DNA from: Spirogloea muscicola | Taxonomy: Eukaryota | Length of the DNA: 20,000 bases | Assembly: GCA_009602725.1 (NCBI GenBank) | Contig: WELB01000014.1 | Coordinates: forward strand, 1,123,492-1,143,491 | Reading direction: 5' to 3' | Shown: positions 1-10,441 of the stretch, one piece after another | Position numbering within the stretch: position 1 is the first letter of the stretch | How the letters are laid out: every line of letters begins with the position of its first letter | Translations under genes and position numbers: made by a program | Notes under the pieces: generated by a model | The model's input: the letters and a program-made list of their open reading frames with translations, nothing else | What the model was told of the DNA's origin: nothing | The model's database searches: none

Positions 1-95
1 AGATAGTGATTCGCAGCAAGTAGGGCCTTGGCTCAATTCTCTAGGCTTGATAAAACGTAAGCGAATGAATTCTTGAGTCCTCCTTGACTCCTCAC

Positions 96-3000
96 CTGAA
101 GCGCTCCGCAAAGCTTCGAAGCATCCCAGGATTGGGGTCAGGCGTAGAGTCAAGGACATGCAGCCGGCCACGCAGGTGCGGCGACAGCATGAGCCATGCA
201 AAGTCTTCGTGAACCTCCTGGACGAACGCCATGACCTCTTCACCAACCGCCGCCTCCTCCACAGAGTAAGGCAGAGCACCTTGTTCTTGCGGAGGAGCCT
301 GCAGGCTGGAGCCAGTAGCTGCAAGGCAAGGGCGAGCAGCAATAACGTACTGAATGAGGACATTTAGTGCCAAGCAAATACCATCTAAGAAAACAATCTT
401 TGCACTGATCTGAACGTTCCTGTATGCAAAGTAAGTATGACAAGGTACACTAAGGTACCAGAATGGTGTACCTATGAGCTCTGCTTGGCGACTGGACAGC
501 TCAAGGAGAGCATAGCTGCTGTGGCCCTTTGCGGCGCCAGCTGAGATCCCGTAGTTGGTGCCAAGAATGCGGGCCGTCACTTCATGCTCTGGCTCAAATT
601 TTTCCAGTGGGCAATCGCCATCAGGTGGATCACCCACAAGCTCCGTGACATGGACTCTGCCACGGACCCGTTTGCCGAGGCCCATGTCCAGGTAATGGGC
701 TTGAATGGCAAGGACCTGCTCTCAAGGCACAGATGAGACCAATGTCTCATGGCTATGAAATGACTGATTGATTTTGTTTCAGGATTGAGTTAGACAGATG
801 GTCACCGATTAGAGTCATGCTGCACGTGTGTCTCAAAGGCAGACTAGAGCTTGACCTTGCCAGTAACTATCGACCCCACATCGAAGCGATTTGCAGTGGT
901 GCGGGGCTTCTTGGGAACGCCGGCATCTGCGTCGAGGAGCAGGAGGAGCCTTCCTCCTGTGGCCTTCTGTGGCAGACTGCCCACCTTGGCGACAAGCCTG
1001 ATACCATTGCCCACGTTGTCATTAAAATTGAGTTGCTGGAAGAAGGACGAGCAGTAAGCTTTGCCACGTTGTTTTGCAGCTTGTGCTCTAAAGATAACTT
1101 AGGCAACAATATGATAGGAAGAGTATAGGGTATGATCTTGGCAATGTGCCTTTGGCCAGGGTGGTACGCCTGATGCGGGTCTAGGACGGCCTGGTTGTAG
1201 TCCCTCGTCGCAGCGAAGCCGACTGCATTGTTATGTTCTGGCAAAGTCAGCACCTGCACAAGAGCATCATTTGGCAGCTTGAATAAGACATTCTCAGGGC
1301 TCCTTTGGAATCCTCGAGTTGAGCACAAACATTGGGCAACATGCATGGCGCAACATGTCAAAGCGTCAAAGCCCACGTACCAGATAGTCATCCTTGACCA
1401 GCTCGACAACCACCTCCAGCTTATCATTGACTGCTATGCTGGCCTGTCTTGTACTTCTCACCACCTTCCTCTTCTGCCAGAGCACGTGACAACATTATAT
1501 GAAGGCAGAGTCCTCCAAGCTCACCACCGAGCTGTAAAGAAACCTGCACTATTGGCAGACACCCCAAACCCAAGACCATGACCCCTTCACAACTTCCCTC
1601 ACAATTGGCTCTGCATCAGGGTCAAAAGCTTGTCATAGCGTTGCTCAGCTGGCTCAAGCAGAAAGCCCCAGATGTGATACAACAACAATAAGATCTGCCA
1701 CCAAATAAAGTAATCAGCCACTAAAAACGTTCCCACCCTTTATGCCTATCTGCAGGGATGCGCCTTCCACTGGCACTAGTAAGACGGCATATTGACATAG
1801 CTGTGACAAAACGACAACCCTCAAAACGACGAGTGCTTCATGTATTTGGCTTTAAAGCCAGGGTGCATGAAAACCCCTGGGCAAACATGCCCTAGGAGCT
1901 CCCATGCATCCTGACTATGGCGTCTGGCGCAGAGACCTTTCACAAGGATCTCCGCTGGTTTGCTTGAGTGTTTCTTGCCAGCAAGGGCATGGGACAATTT
2001 ATGTTCGCAATTGTCAAAGGTTTGCAACTTCAAATCTCAATTACAGCATATCATGCAAGTATTGAGATGCAAAAGTATGCAGATGCCAGATACATGTCAG
2101 TGCGGTTGGCAAGTTGCGGCCATACCTTGCCTGCCTTCTTAACATGTCGCCCTGCAGCAGAAACGAACTCAGGTCTCATGCTTATGTCGACCACGCCATC
2201 AACTTTGCTTATGTCCAATATCACGCCCTGCACCTTCTGTCCTATGTCCACTTTTCTCCCGGCTATTACCAGTGTAGACAAGAACATCACCAACAAATAA
2301 GAACGAACGGCAAGTCAATAAGCAAAGAGGAATTCCAGGTCTCCTTGCAGACTCCTTGCAATTTGCCACCAGCCTGCCCTGCAAGCTTCCATACAATCAG
2401 AAGGACCCAAAGGTGTGCCTCTACATTACGGCCAGGATAATGCCACAGCACACTAACAGAAGACTGACACCACCTTGGTAGTGTGTTACGAATGCGACGA
2501 CATCGGCATGGCTGGGCAGGTTGACGATGACTCCATAGTCCTTCACGTCCTGCACTTCGCCAGTCACAATGTCGCCAATGGAGAATGCATTTGCCCAAGT
2601 CAAGCTGGGGGTGGCCTCCACCTTCGCTTGCAGCTCGGCAATCTGCCAATTGTCCAAGCCACCAAAAGCGTCTTCAGGGTTGAGTATCTTCATTGACGGG
2701 TGGAGTGATGTAACTGAGCCCTAGCCTGTGAAGTTGGGGGGTACCCAAAGACATGGCAAACAAGAAAAGGTCTGCTGCTCTAATGCTCTCATGCTCAAAT
2801 GCTCAGAATGCTCAGAATGCTCAAATGCTCAAATGCTCAAGTGATCAATTGCTCGTCTCATATTATTCCCGTACATTACTGTTAGAAGATATTATGATGC
2901 ATCCATAGCAAGGCAAGAATGGCCGTACTTTCTCCTCTTCAAGGAAATAACCAAACAACAAAATTGTGTCTGAAGAGGCACAAACAGACTGCTTTAGGCT

Positions 3001-6000
3001 CACAGTGAACCGCTCCTTCTCCAAATCAACCTGGCAATGCATCCACACAAACAGGCTATAATTCAGGTCACAAGGGAAATGAGTAAATGATGTACATTAT
3101 GAATTGACAGCAGTACAAGCAGCCCTTCAGACAGCTCAGGGCAATTAACAGCAATCTCTGAACCGAACTACCAGAGGTAGTCACGGAAGAGTCGCTGCAT
3201 GTGTTGCTCAAGTTGCTGTGTGTATATAAGCCACGGTCAATGCCTATATGATCTTTGCCTAAGTCAATTTCATCAGTTTGGCTCTCCTGCTGATCAGCTT
3301 CTAGGTACATAGCTGAGGCAGACTGAACGAAGAATCTGTTCTAGATATCCGTGCCTATGTCCACCTTACAAGTGACCAACAAGTGTGGCACATTTTATTA
3401 TAAGCAACAAGCTACCGTTACCCACAAAAACACACAGGGCAACCCAAGCTGAGCCTACCTCAAGAATCTGGGAGCGGACAGAGTGGCCCACTTTGAAATA
3501 GTCAGCGGGGTTGCCAACGAAAATGTCGGAGAGCTGCCAGAAATGTAGCTCAAAATCCTTAGTATCACATTTTTCAACTCAACATTGCAAGGACTCGCTG
3601 AACACTCCCATATCTTGTGCATTCCACCACTGCCTTGACCCGATGACAGGCATGCATCATGCTCGTATGTGGAACAGAATATCAAGCAAGAGGAGCGCTT
3701 TCCGTTTTTCACCTGTGAGACAGGTGCTAGCCCAGAGAGGCGATTTAAGTATCGAACGAAGCAGCCGCGAGGCGTAATGCTTGCAACAAAACCCTGTCAG
3801 CGACCACCTTGATTTCATGAGGTTGCGAATGGGCTGTGACATAAGTAAGCAGAAGGCCTGTTGGTCTCTGTTATCAGGCTTCAGTGTGTCAATGGTGTAG
3901 CAGCAATGCTAAGGTGTTCAGCTCCAACAGAAATGCAAAAGAGACAGGTAAAGGACACTCCAATGCACAAGCGTACCTGCAGAAGCGCCTGTGGGTGCAC
4001 GTCAAGCAGGGAGGATGGCAGCGAGGCTGCTGAAGCCACTAGTGAGTACTTTGCAGTCAATGTCACCTTCAAAGCATCCCTCTCTGCACAAGAACACCCT
4101 CTCATTGAGCTCTATCAGAAACTGAATGCAGGTGAAACAATCACCACAAGCCATAAGTCAGACTTGTGACAGATAGATGAATGTATGAGTGCAGCCAAAG
4201 CAGTAGATTGAAAACCTTAATATCATTGTGTCATGCAGTAATAGCTAGACCCTCATAAACTGCTACAGGCTTTCCGATGTATCTAGTCGCCTAAAGACAC
4301 AACAATGTTTTTGAAGGTATTGTGGACTTGGCTACAGGAGGCTAAACAGGAGCAATTATCTACGCCTGTGCCAAACGCACCCAGCACAAGGAGCTGCTCA
4401 AGCACATCGCCAGCCCTCAGATTGGCCTTGAGCTGCTCGGCGTGCCCTGTTGAATGCACGGAACACTGCTGCAAGTGTCAAGCTTGCTTCAAGCACGCAA
4501 GAAACTGACATCATACTTCTCAAGGCCTGCTTACAGTCAAATTGACAGAAGCATAGGTCCAGTGAACGCCACTTTGTGCTAAGAGCGCGAATCGAGACCA
4601 GTGGCTCCGCTTCACCTGAGAAGTCAGAGAGGTGCTCAAACTGCAGTATTCCTGTGAGGGTGCCCTCCGGAGTCACAATGTCCAGGAGAAAGGCGCGATC
4701 ACTGAGGCTCCGTATGAGCCCCGCGACGACCACGCCGGGAGCAGCATTCTCAGCATTCTGGAGCTTGCCACGAAGTGCGAGCTCCTTGCCAGCCGATGCT
4801 GTGCCCTCCAGCAATCTGCATTCAAAACCCAAAATCCCAGCAATGACACTCCCCTCTGTGAGCAAGTTGGGTTAAGCACGGAGAAGTTCAGGGAGTAGCC
4901 GCATGGTGAGAGGAAGTTACTTCTTCCTGCCTCAGCTCGAAACAAATTCACACCACCATACAGATTTTGCCACTGGAAGCACACCAAAGTGGTAAGTCCT
5001 AGAAGCAGAATGTGAAGAGCGTAGACCTATCGCTGGAGGTGATGAAGCTGAGCGACAGCTTTTGGGTTTCCAGGTTCCTCCGCAGCACCCGCGCCTTCAC
5101 AACCTGGCCGACCTCAAAGGCCTTGCTCGGAAGCGAGTCTGCCTCCAGACCCAACTCCGACCTGTGCCACATGCAATGACAATAGCACCTTGTCACTAAC
5201 ATCTCGGACTAAATGCCCAATGACATTCAGCTACATACCAACATGTTTGATTACAGAACCAATCTCCCATAGCCTTGGATGCTCCATCCAGGATGACAAG
5301 GACCTATCAAGTCCATGGCACAAGCTTCTCAACAATACAAAATATAGACAATCTAGTACATTGAGCTGGGGCCCATACCTGTGTGCAAGTCCTTTCACGT
5401 TGTTGTAGAAGCTCACAAAGCAGCCGTAGTCCTTGACACCCGTTAGAACACCGTGGCTGACAACACCTTCCTTGGCATCCTCAATGGATGTAATGATTGG
5501 AAGCTTTGTTGCCACCTGCCACAACCACAACCAAATACCCTTTCAGTCGACTTGGGTGAGCCACACTGTTAAAAGAAGCAAGAGAACCCCTACGTCTAGT
5601 CAGATGAAGATGTAGCTGGCAAGAACGTGGTAGGCGAAGCTCTTACCAAGGACCTCTTGTGCGTCACTGTGATCTTTCTTGTGTCGATATTGCACATCAA
5701 TACCCGCACTTTCAACTTCATCCCAACCTGTGCCATCAGCCAGCAGTCAGCTGATGAAGTTCACTGCCCTCGTCTAAACAACATGCATACCAGAAAACAT
5801 GTCCTAACGAATGTTGCGTCTGTCCACATGCTACAGATTCAGTAAGAGGTAAGTAAGAGGTAAGAGGTAAGAGGCGCCGTAAAAGTGAAAACCGTATATG
5901 CAACTTCAGCAAGAACGAATGAAGGCCCTTACTTGAAATCTTGAAGGAGGCTTGTGGTACTGGACATCAGATAGGTGTTGCAGCGGACAGAGAGCCCGGA

Positions 6001-9000
6001 TGCCGTCTGCCAGCTTCAGCAGAAACCCATACGGCTCGATGGCGCTTATGGTGCCATGCAAGAGCATGCCTGGCATGATATCGCTTGGGCTCAGAAGCAG
6101 CTGGTCAATGACGGATGCCTGCAGATATCAGAGCAGCAGGCACTAGAAGTGTTCAGCACTCACTTGACCCAGCAGGTATCTCGCATCTATTTGTGGGTGG
6201 GTGTGAGAAACGACTATTGGAACATTTGCAGTAGAAAGAAATCCATACGTTTACTCTGACAAATGTACCATGCTAAGCATCCACAGAATGTAAGGACACT
6301 CAGAAAACATCATCTCAGGTAAACAGCTATGTCTGCAGCTTACCTTCATGGAAAGTATGGCGAGGGCATCCATAGGCCGGAGCCCAATCACACGTGTCCT
6401 GACCTTCTGCCCCACTTTGAAGGACTTCTCCAGCTTGTCCACTCTCTCCTCCGCTGCATTTGAAATCTACAGCAGGTCGCCTCAAGAGATATACTCAAAA
6501 CACCAACATCACACAGCAGCCTTTCATCCAAAGAAAGAGCAACTTTGAAAATTAGTATCTTGCAGCTAGATGTTGAAACAATCGTCTCCTGCATTCGGCC
6601 CTACCATGCAAGTTAACTCAGAATATCGCCAACTTAACGTACATGGACATAGCCTGCGCCAGCCTTGGGTTCCTTTGGGAGCTCCAGCAGCATGCCAACA
6701 ACAGGGTCAATCCTACGAATGACGGCTTTCTCAAATACTTCACCAACTTGTGCTACCTGCTCACTTCTCACAAAAAGTGAATTGATTAGCAAATGCAACC
6801 TTAATTCCACAGATTCAAGTAGCTCTGATGTCCGCCTTCTCACAACTGAAGGGTCATGGCACATTGACTAGATGGCTTGTCGCAGATTCAAACCAACATC
6901 CTCCTTGCTTTCGGTCCAGCTCTCCATACCTGTGCAGGGGGCTCGCCCTCCACAAGGTCATGATTTAAAGTCAAGCCCACTCTTCTAGTAACTGCTTGTA
7001 CATAAAGTATCCGCGCTCGTAACTGCACAAGTTGCAAGACAATTGTGCAATCTGAAGGGCAGATCGAAGTATAGCAAAGCACTATGATTGATACAGTGAT
7101 TGAAAAATAGAAAATCCTGAAACTACTCTGTGCAAATCGTCCCTCGGACTCTATGAGTCATCTTTCTGATAGACTCCAGTCTATTCCACTGGCTAGCGAT
7201 CCACATCACTGAAAATATCTAAAATTACAGCAACAATAAGGAGAGCAGAAGATGTTGCTTGCCCGCATGTTCTCTGAATATTTTGCTTTCCAGTCAGCAT
7301 CAGGCAGCTCTGTCTCCAATTGGAAATGATCAACTTGCACATGAGGATACATAACAATGTATCCTCATGCATGATGGAGGAGAAAGTGTGCAGAATCGTG
7401 GGACATAGAAGACAGCAGCTTGTGAAGAGGTCCACCGAGAAGCTCACTGTCCCAGTGAAATACATGAGAAAGATGAGGAGGAGCCCGTCATTCAGGACAG
7501 CTTTCACACGGGCATTCACGAGGGCGCCCGGAACAAGCGAATCCAGAGTCAGCCCGTCGTACTCCCTCATCTGCACGCAAAAGCAAGTCAACCAAATGTC
7601 TAACAAACTGGTCAATGGACCATAATGACTTTGTGATTCCCACTGCTGCACGGCAAGCTGACAGACATAGGCAAAATGGCACCAGTGCAGCACAACATGC
7701 GAGCGCAAGGGACTAGAAGAGACCTCCACCACCTAGAGGATGCCTTGCCTCAGGTATGCATCTCACCGTGGTGGTGGCAGCCGCTTGAGTGTCGGTGGAG
7801 ACCATGACGAGCTTCCTGACCTTGTCCACTGAGCTCACCAGGCAAGGTATGAGCTGTCCAACCTTCCATGGCTCCGCCGTGCCTTCAGCACGTTCTCCTG
7901 CTCGACCAGACCGTTACTATAATAGTTGAGTATTATTGGACATGAAAGTCTTGATGAGCAGCACGTGTCAACAGGCATATCCAGATTGTCAGAGGCAGAG
8001 TTGAGCACCTGCTACTGGTGGAAATAATAGAAGTGTTATTTACCATTGGAGGTCTGGGCCTCGTGGGGATGAAGCCGGACACGTTTGGAGGCCCAAAGGT
8101 TAGGACGCAACCGTGGTCCTCCACGCTCTTCACGCATGCGGTTACAACCAGCGGGAGCACATTGAGGGTTTGTCCGTATAAGATGGGTTCAGGGTTGAAG
8201 GTATTATTGAAGGCACAATAGATACTGGCAGTCACCATAAGAGGCATCACAACTATGTCCCCTCTCTCTCCTCTCTGCCGCCTGATTTTGGGATATTGAA
8301 AGCATAATCAGGGCAAGTCAAATCCGAAGAATGGCAGGCTGCAGAAATTACACCATTCCCTCATGGGCAGTCTCCGCTGAGAAGCCGTTGTTAATGAGAG
8401 AGAGGCGCAGGGAGAGCTCGGCGCGTTTCTTCTTGGCAGCGTCCTCGGGCCCGAGTTGCGCACGGACCACGCATGCCACGAGCTGGCCGATGCAGAAGAG
8501 CTCGTCTAGGGCAGAAGGGGCACTCTCCCACTGGCATGGCACAGTCGCACCACACGCGGCCGTCACGTGCAGGGCTGTGAAGCAGCAACGCAGCATGCCT
8601 CCAGAGGCATCGAGCTTAAGTTTGCAGTTTTATATAAATAATCTTAGCACCGCAGACGCATTTGTCGTTGCGGTTTTGCAAGGTGCCACGTCAGGACGAG
8701 CTCGCTTCCATCCGACGCTGAGGACCCAACAAAGAGACCTCATCTCTACACTGATGTCTGCTTAATCAACGACTTGCCATGATCCTGTGGAGTAACACAA
8801 AGGCTTTCGAGCGCTGAGGCTAGGAGGCAATGGGCTTCATTGGGCGGGACGGCAAGCGGACCTCGTCGTCCCTGGCAGCCTCGTGGGCCTCTGGGGCCGC
8901 TGCTGCTTCGCCATCGGCGCCTTTGCGAAGCTTCCTTCTTGCCTGCTGGAGCTCCTCACTGGCAAGCACGTCCGAGGCCTCGAGCGCGCCGACGTGCCCC

Positions 9001-9868
9001 CGCAGGCCGCCGGGCAGGGCGACCGACAGGCCCCACGCCTGGACGTTCGTCACCACGCCCAGCACCTTGGTCCCGGCAGTCAGGTTCTGCAGCCACGCAA
9101 GGACACCTACGGCAGGTGAGCAGGCTCCATAACCTTTCCATAAGGATACCAACTTGATTTACCTGTACCTGATTAAGCACCTCGTGAAGCTAAACAACGA
9201 AAAAGGAAACGACAACAGCAGAAGATCCTATAAACAGAGCAAAATCGACCTGTCATAATGCATCGACTTCGTACTCGAGTTTGTGAACTAGTTCTAGGTT
9301 ATTGAGCTGATTACTATCTGCTCCACCAGGCTCGCCCCACTGCGCAGCTTCTAGCCGATGCTCCAGCGACTCAATTAATCGCAGCCTCCAGCACTAACGG
9401 CATAATATTGAGTCAAGTTGCGCAATGACAGCCAAGTAGGTGATGGCCGTCACAGGCGTGCGCCCGTGCCTTGAGCTTGAGGAGCTCCACGAACGCCGGG
9501 AGCTTCCCGGCGAGCTCGCGCGGGAGGCCGGCGACGCCGGCGCCAGTGGCCGGCTCCTCCTCGCCGTCGGGCGCTCCGAGCACCCGCCGCGGCAGCCGAC
9601 GCTTGTGGCCCGCCGCCGCCGCCGCCGCTACGTGGCTCAGGGCCTCGTCCTCGGCCTCGAGGCGCGCCTGGCGGAGCTCCAGCGGCGTGAGGGCGCCGCT
9701 GCCGCCTGCACGGAGCTCGCACGCAGCATGGAGCACGTCAGGCTGCGGCGGGGCCGTCGCCATGGCGGTGCGCCAGGTCATGCGGCTTTCTGGCGTCACG
9801 GAAAGCACGTCGGAGAAGCCCTTGCCGCGCGGGAAGTCCTCCTCCTCGCCGGCTGCCATGGCGGTCAT
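96..9868 (-). CDS. RRP5: rRNA biogenesis protein RRP5 (PDCD11) homolog with tandem S1 RNA-binding repeats; 5' part only, about 1240 aa in the window, C-terminal part lies beyond the left edge
   Basis: N-terminal DFPRG|GSGALTPLE motif and many S1 repeats (VKSVEDHG, LVPGALVNARV, KVGQKVRTRVIG, GVKDYGCFVSFYNNVKGLAHRSELG, IGDIVTGEVQDVKDYGVIV, RVRGRVHVTE). Hand-spliced exons: 9868-9826, 9705-9470, 9086-8862, 8530-8354, 8148-8044, 7897-7767, 7570-7448, 7334-7263, 7022-6930, 6756-6643, 6466-6344, 6118-5933, 5727-5647, 5515-5379, 5161-5027, 4815-4616, 4446-4381, 4083-3977, 3793-3713, 3533-3459, 3030-2929, 2642-2474, 2262-2126, 1473-1381, 1253-1150, 997-856, 715-472, 318-96. Junctions are phase-consistent apart from the anomalies listed in findings. 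The start may be the second ATG at 9859 (gccATGg). Confidence 0.95.
998..1149 (-). other. GC-AG intron (RRP5 intron 25)
   Basis: AAAG|GCACAT...TATCAG|GCTT, phase 2, giving PGQRLVAKV...TGGRLLLLL. Confidence 0.8.
2782..2840. repeat. 8-9 bp minisatellite (AATGCTCA[G])n in RRP5 intron 21
   Basis: About 7 copies of the ATGCTC core. Confidence 0.9.
5841..5873. repeat. (GTAAGAG)n heptamer repeat in RRP5 intron 12
   Basis: agtaagaggtaagtaagaggtaagaggtaagagg. Confidence 0.85.
7023..7262 (-). other. GC-AG intron (RRP5 intron 8)
   Basis: CGG|GCAAGC...GTGCAG|TTA, phase 0, joining YSENMR|LRARILYV. Confidence 0.78.
7340..7369. repeat. Perfect 13-bp inverted repeat with a 4-nt loop
   Basis: CATGAGGATACAT-AACA-ATGTATCCTCATG. 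Confidence 0.95.
9087..9469 (-). other. GC-AG intron (RRP5 intron 2)
   Basis: AAG|GCACGG...CTGCAG|AAC, phase 0, joining ELLKLK|NLTAGTKVLG. Confidence 0.8.
9706..9825 (-). other. GC-AG intron (RRP5 intron 1, 120 nt)
   Basis: CGCG|GCAAGG...CGTGCAG|GCGGC; removal restores the conserved FPRGG...LTPLE. Confidence 0.85.
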
Positions 9869-9987
9869 CGTAAACGCGCCGCACGGAGGCTCGCCCGGTG
9901 ACGACGATCAGCAAGGCTCCAATGGAGGATCGCGGAGGATCGGCGACTCGTTTCGTTGCGCAGTCGCGGCGCGACTGGCGCTCCCGC

Positions 9988-10024
<37 letters not shown>

Positions 10025-10441
10025 TGTAGACGGCGCTGCAGAGGCTCGGGGCTTTGGCAAGGGTTTGCGGCTGGGGTTAGCCAGTTCAGGGTAACCATAC
10101 AGATCGACGCTGCCGCGGAGGCTCGCCCAGCGGTTACCGCAACGGTGCGACGGTTAGCCGGCCCCACTTCTCCGCACCATACTGAAACCGCGATATCGTA
10201 GATCTAGTGGGTGGGCAGCTTATCACTTCACTATAAGGGTGGGCAGCTTTAATCCATCACTTCAAGATCCTGCTGTTGGGGACAGATCTGTAGATGCTCT
10301 AGACTCTTTCTCCAGATACCCGCGACGCTCACACACGCCCGTCTCTGTACCTGCCGGCTCCGCCGCCGCGGCGGCCATGGCGGGCGCCTGAGCGGCGCGC
10401 GGCGCTGCAGCGGCGNGGCGGCGGCGGCGGAGGTTGCCGCG
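9869..10441. promoter_or_regulatory. Divergent (bidirectional) promoter and 5' leaders of RRP5 and SEC31
   Basis: 573 bp between oppositely oriented start codons. A lower-GC core at about 10190-10320 contains CTATAA at 10231-10236 and is flanked by GC-rich GGC/GCC-repeat leaders. Confidence 0.8.
9989..10024. repeat. (GGC)12 microsatellite in the RRP5 5' leader
   Basis: Uninterrupted GGC run. Confidence 0.95.

Noticed and set aside
1737..1976. Extra RRP5 mini-exons (KHSSKPAEILVK and VPVEGASLQIGIK)
   Set aside because: The direct phase-0 join 2126^1473 (KKAGK|KRKVVR...VVELVKDDYL) fits without them.
5841..5873. Array of GGTAAG splice-donor-like motifs
   Set aside because: It is on the antisense strand of RRP5 and is a simple repeat.
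7342..7350. U12-type splice site (GTATCCTC on the minus strand) explaining the odd acceptors
   Set aside because: It lies near the 3' end of the intron as part of the hairpin; the actual donors (GTGAGC, GTGTAA) are not U12 consensus.
7914..7918. TAA/TAG-to-Gln code reassignment, suggested by the in-frame TAG|TAA acceptor option
   Set aside because: No other in-frame TAA/TAG occurs in about 2600 reconstructed codons, Gln is encoded by CAA/CAG, and SEC31 ends with TAG at the expected position.
9440..10201. Long plus-strand ORFs (153, 207 and 81 aa)
   Set aside because: Antisense shadows of GC-rich RRP5 exons and the GGC repeat.
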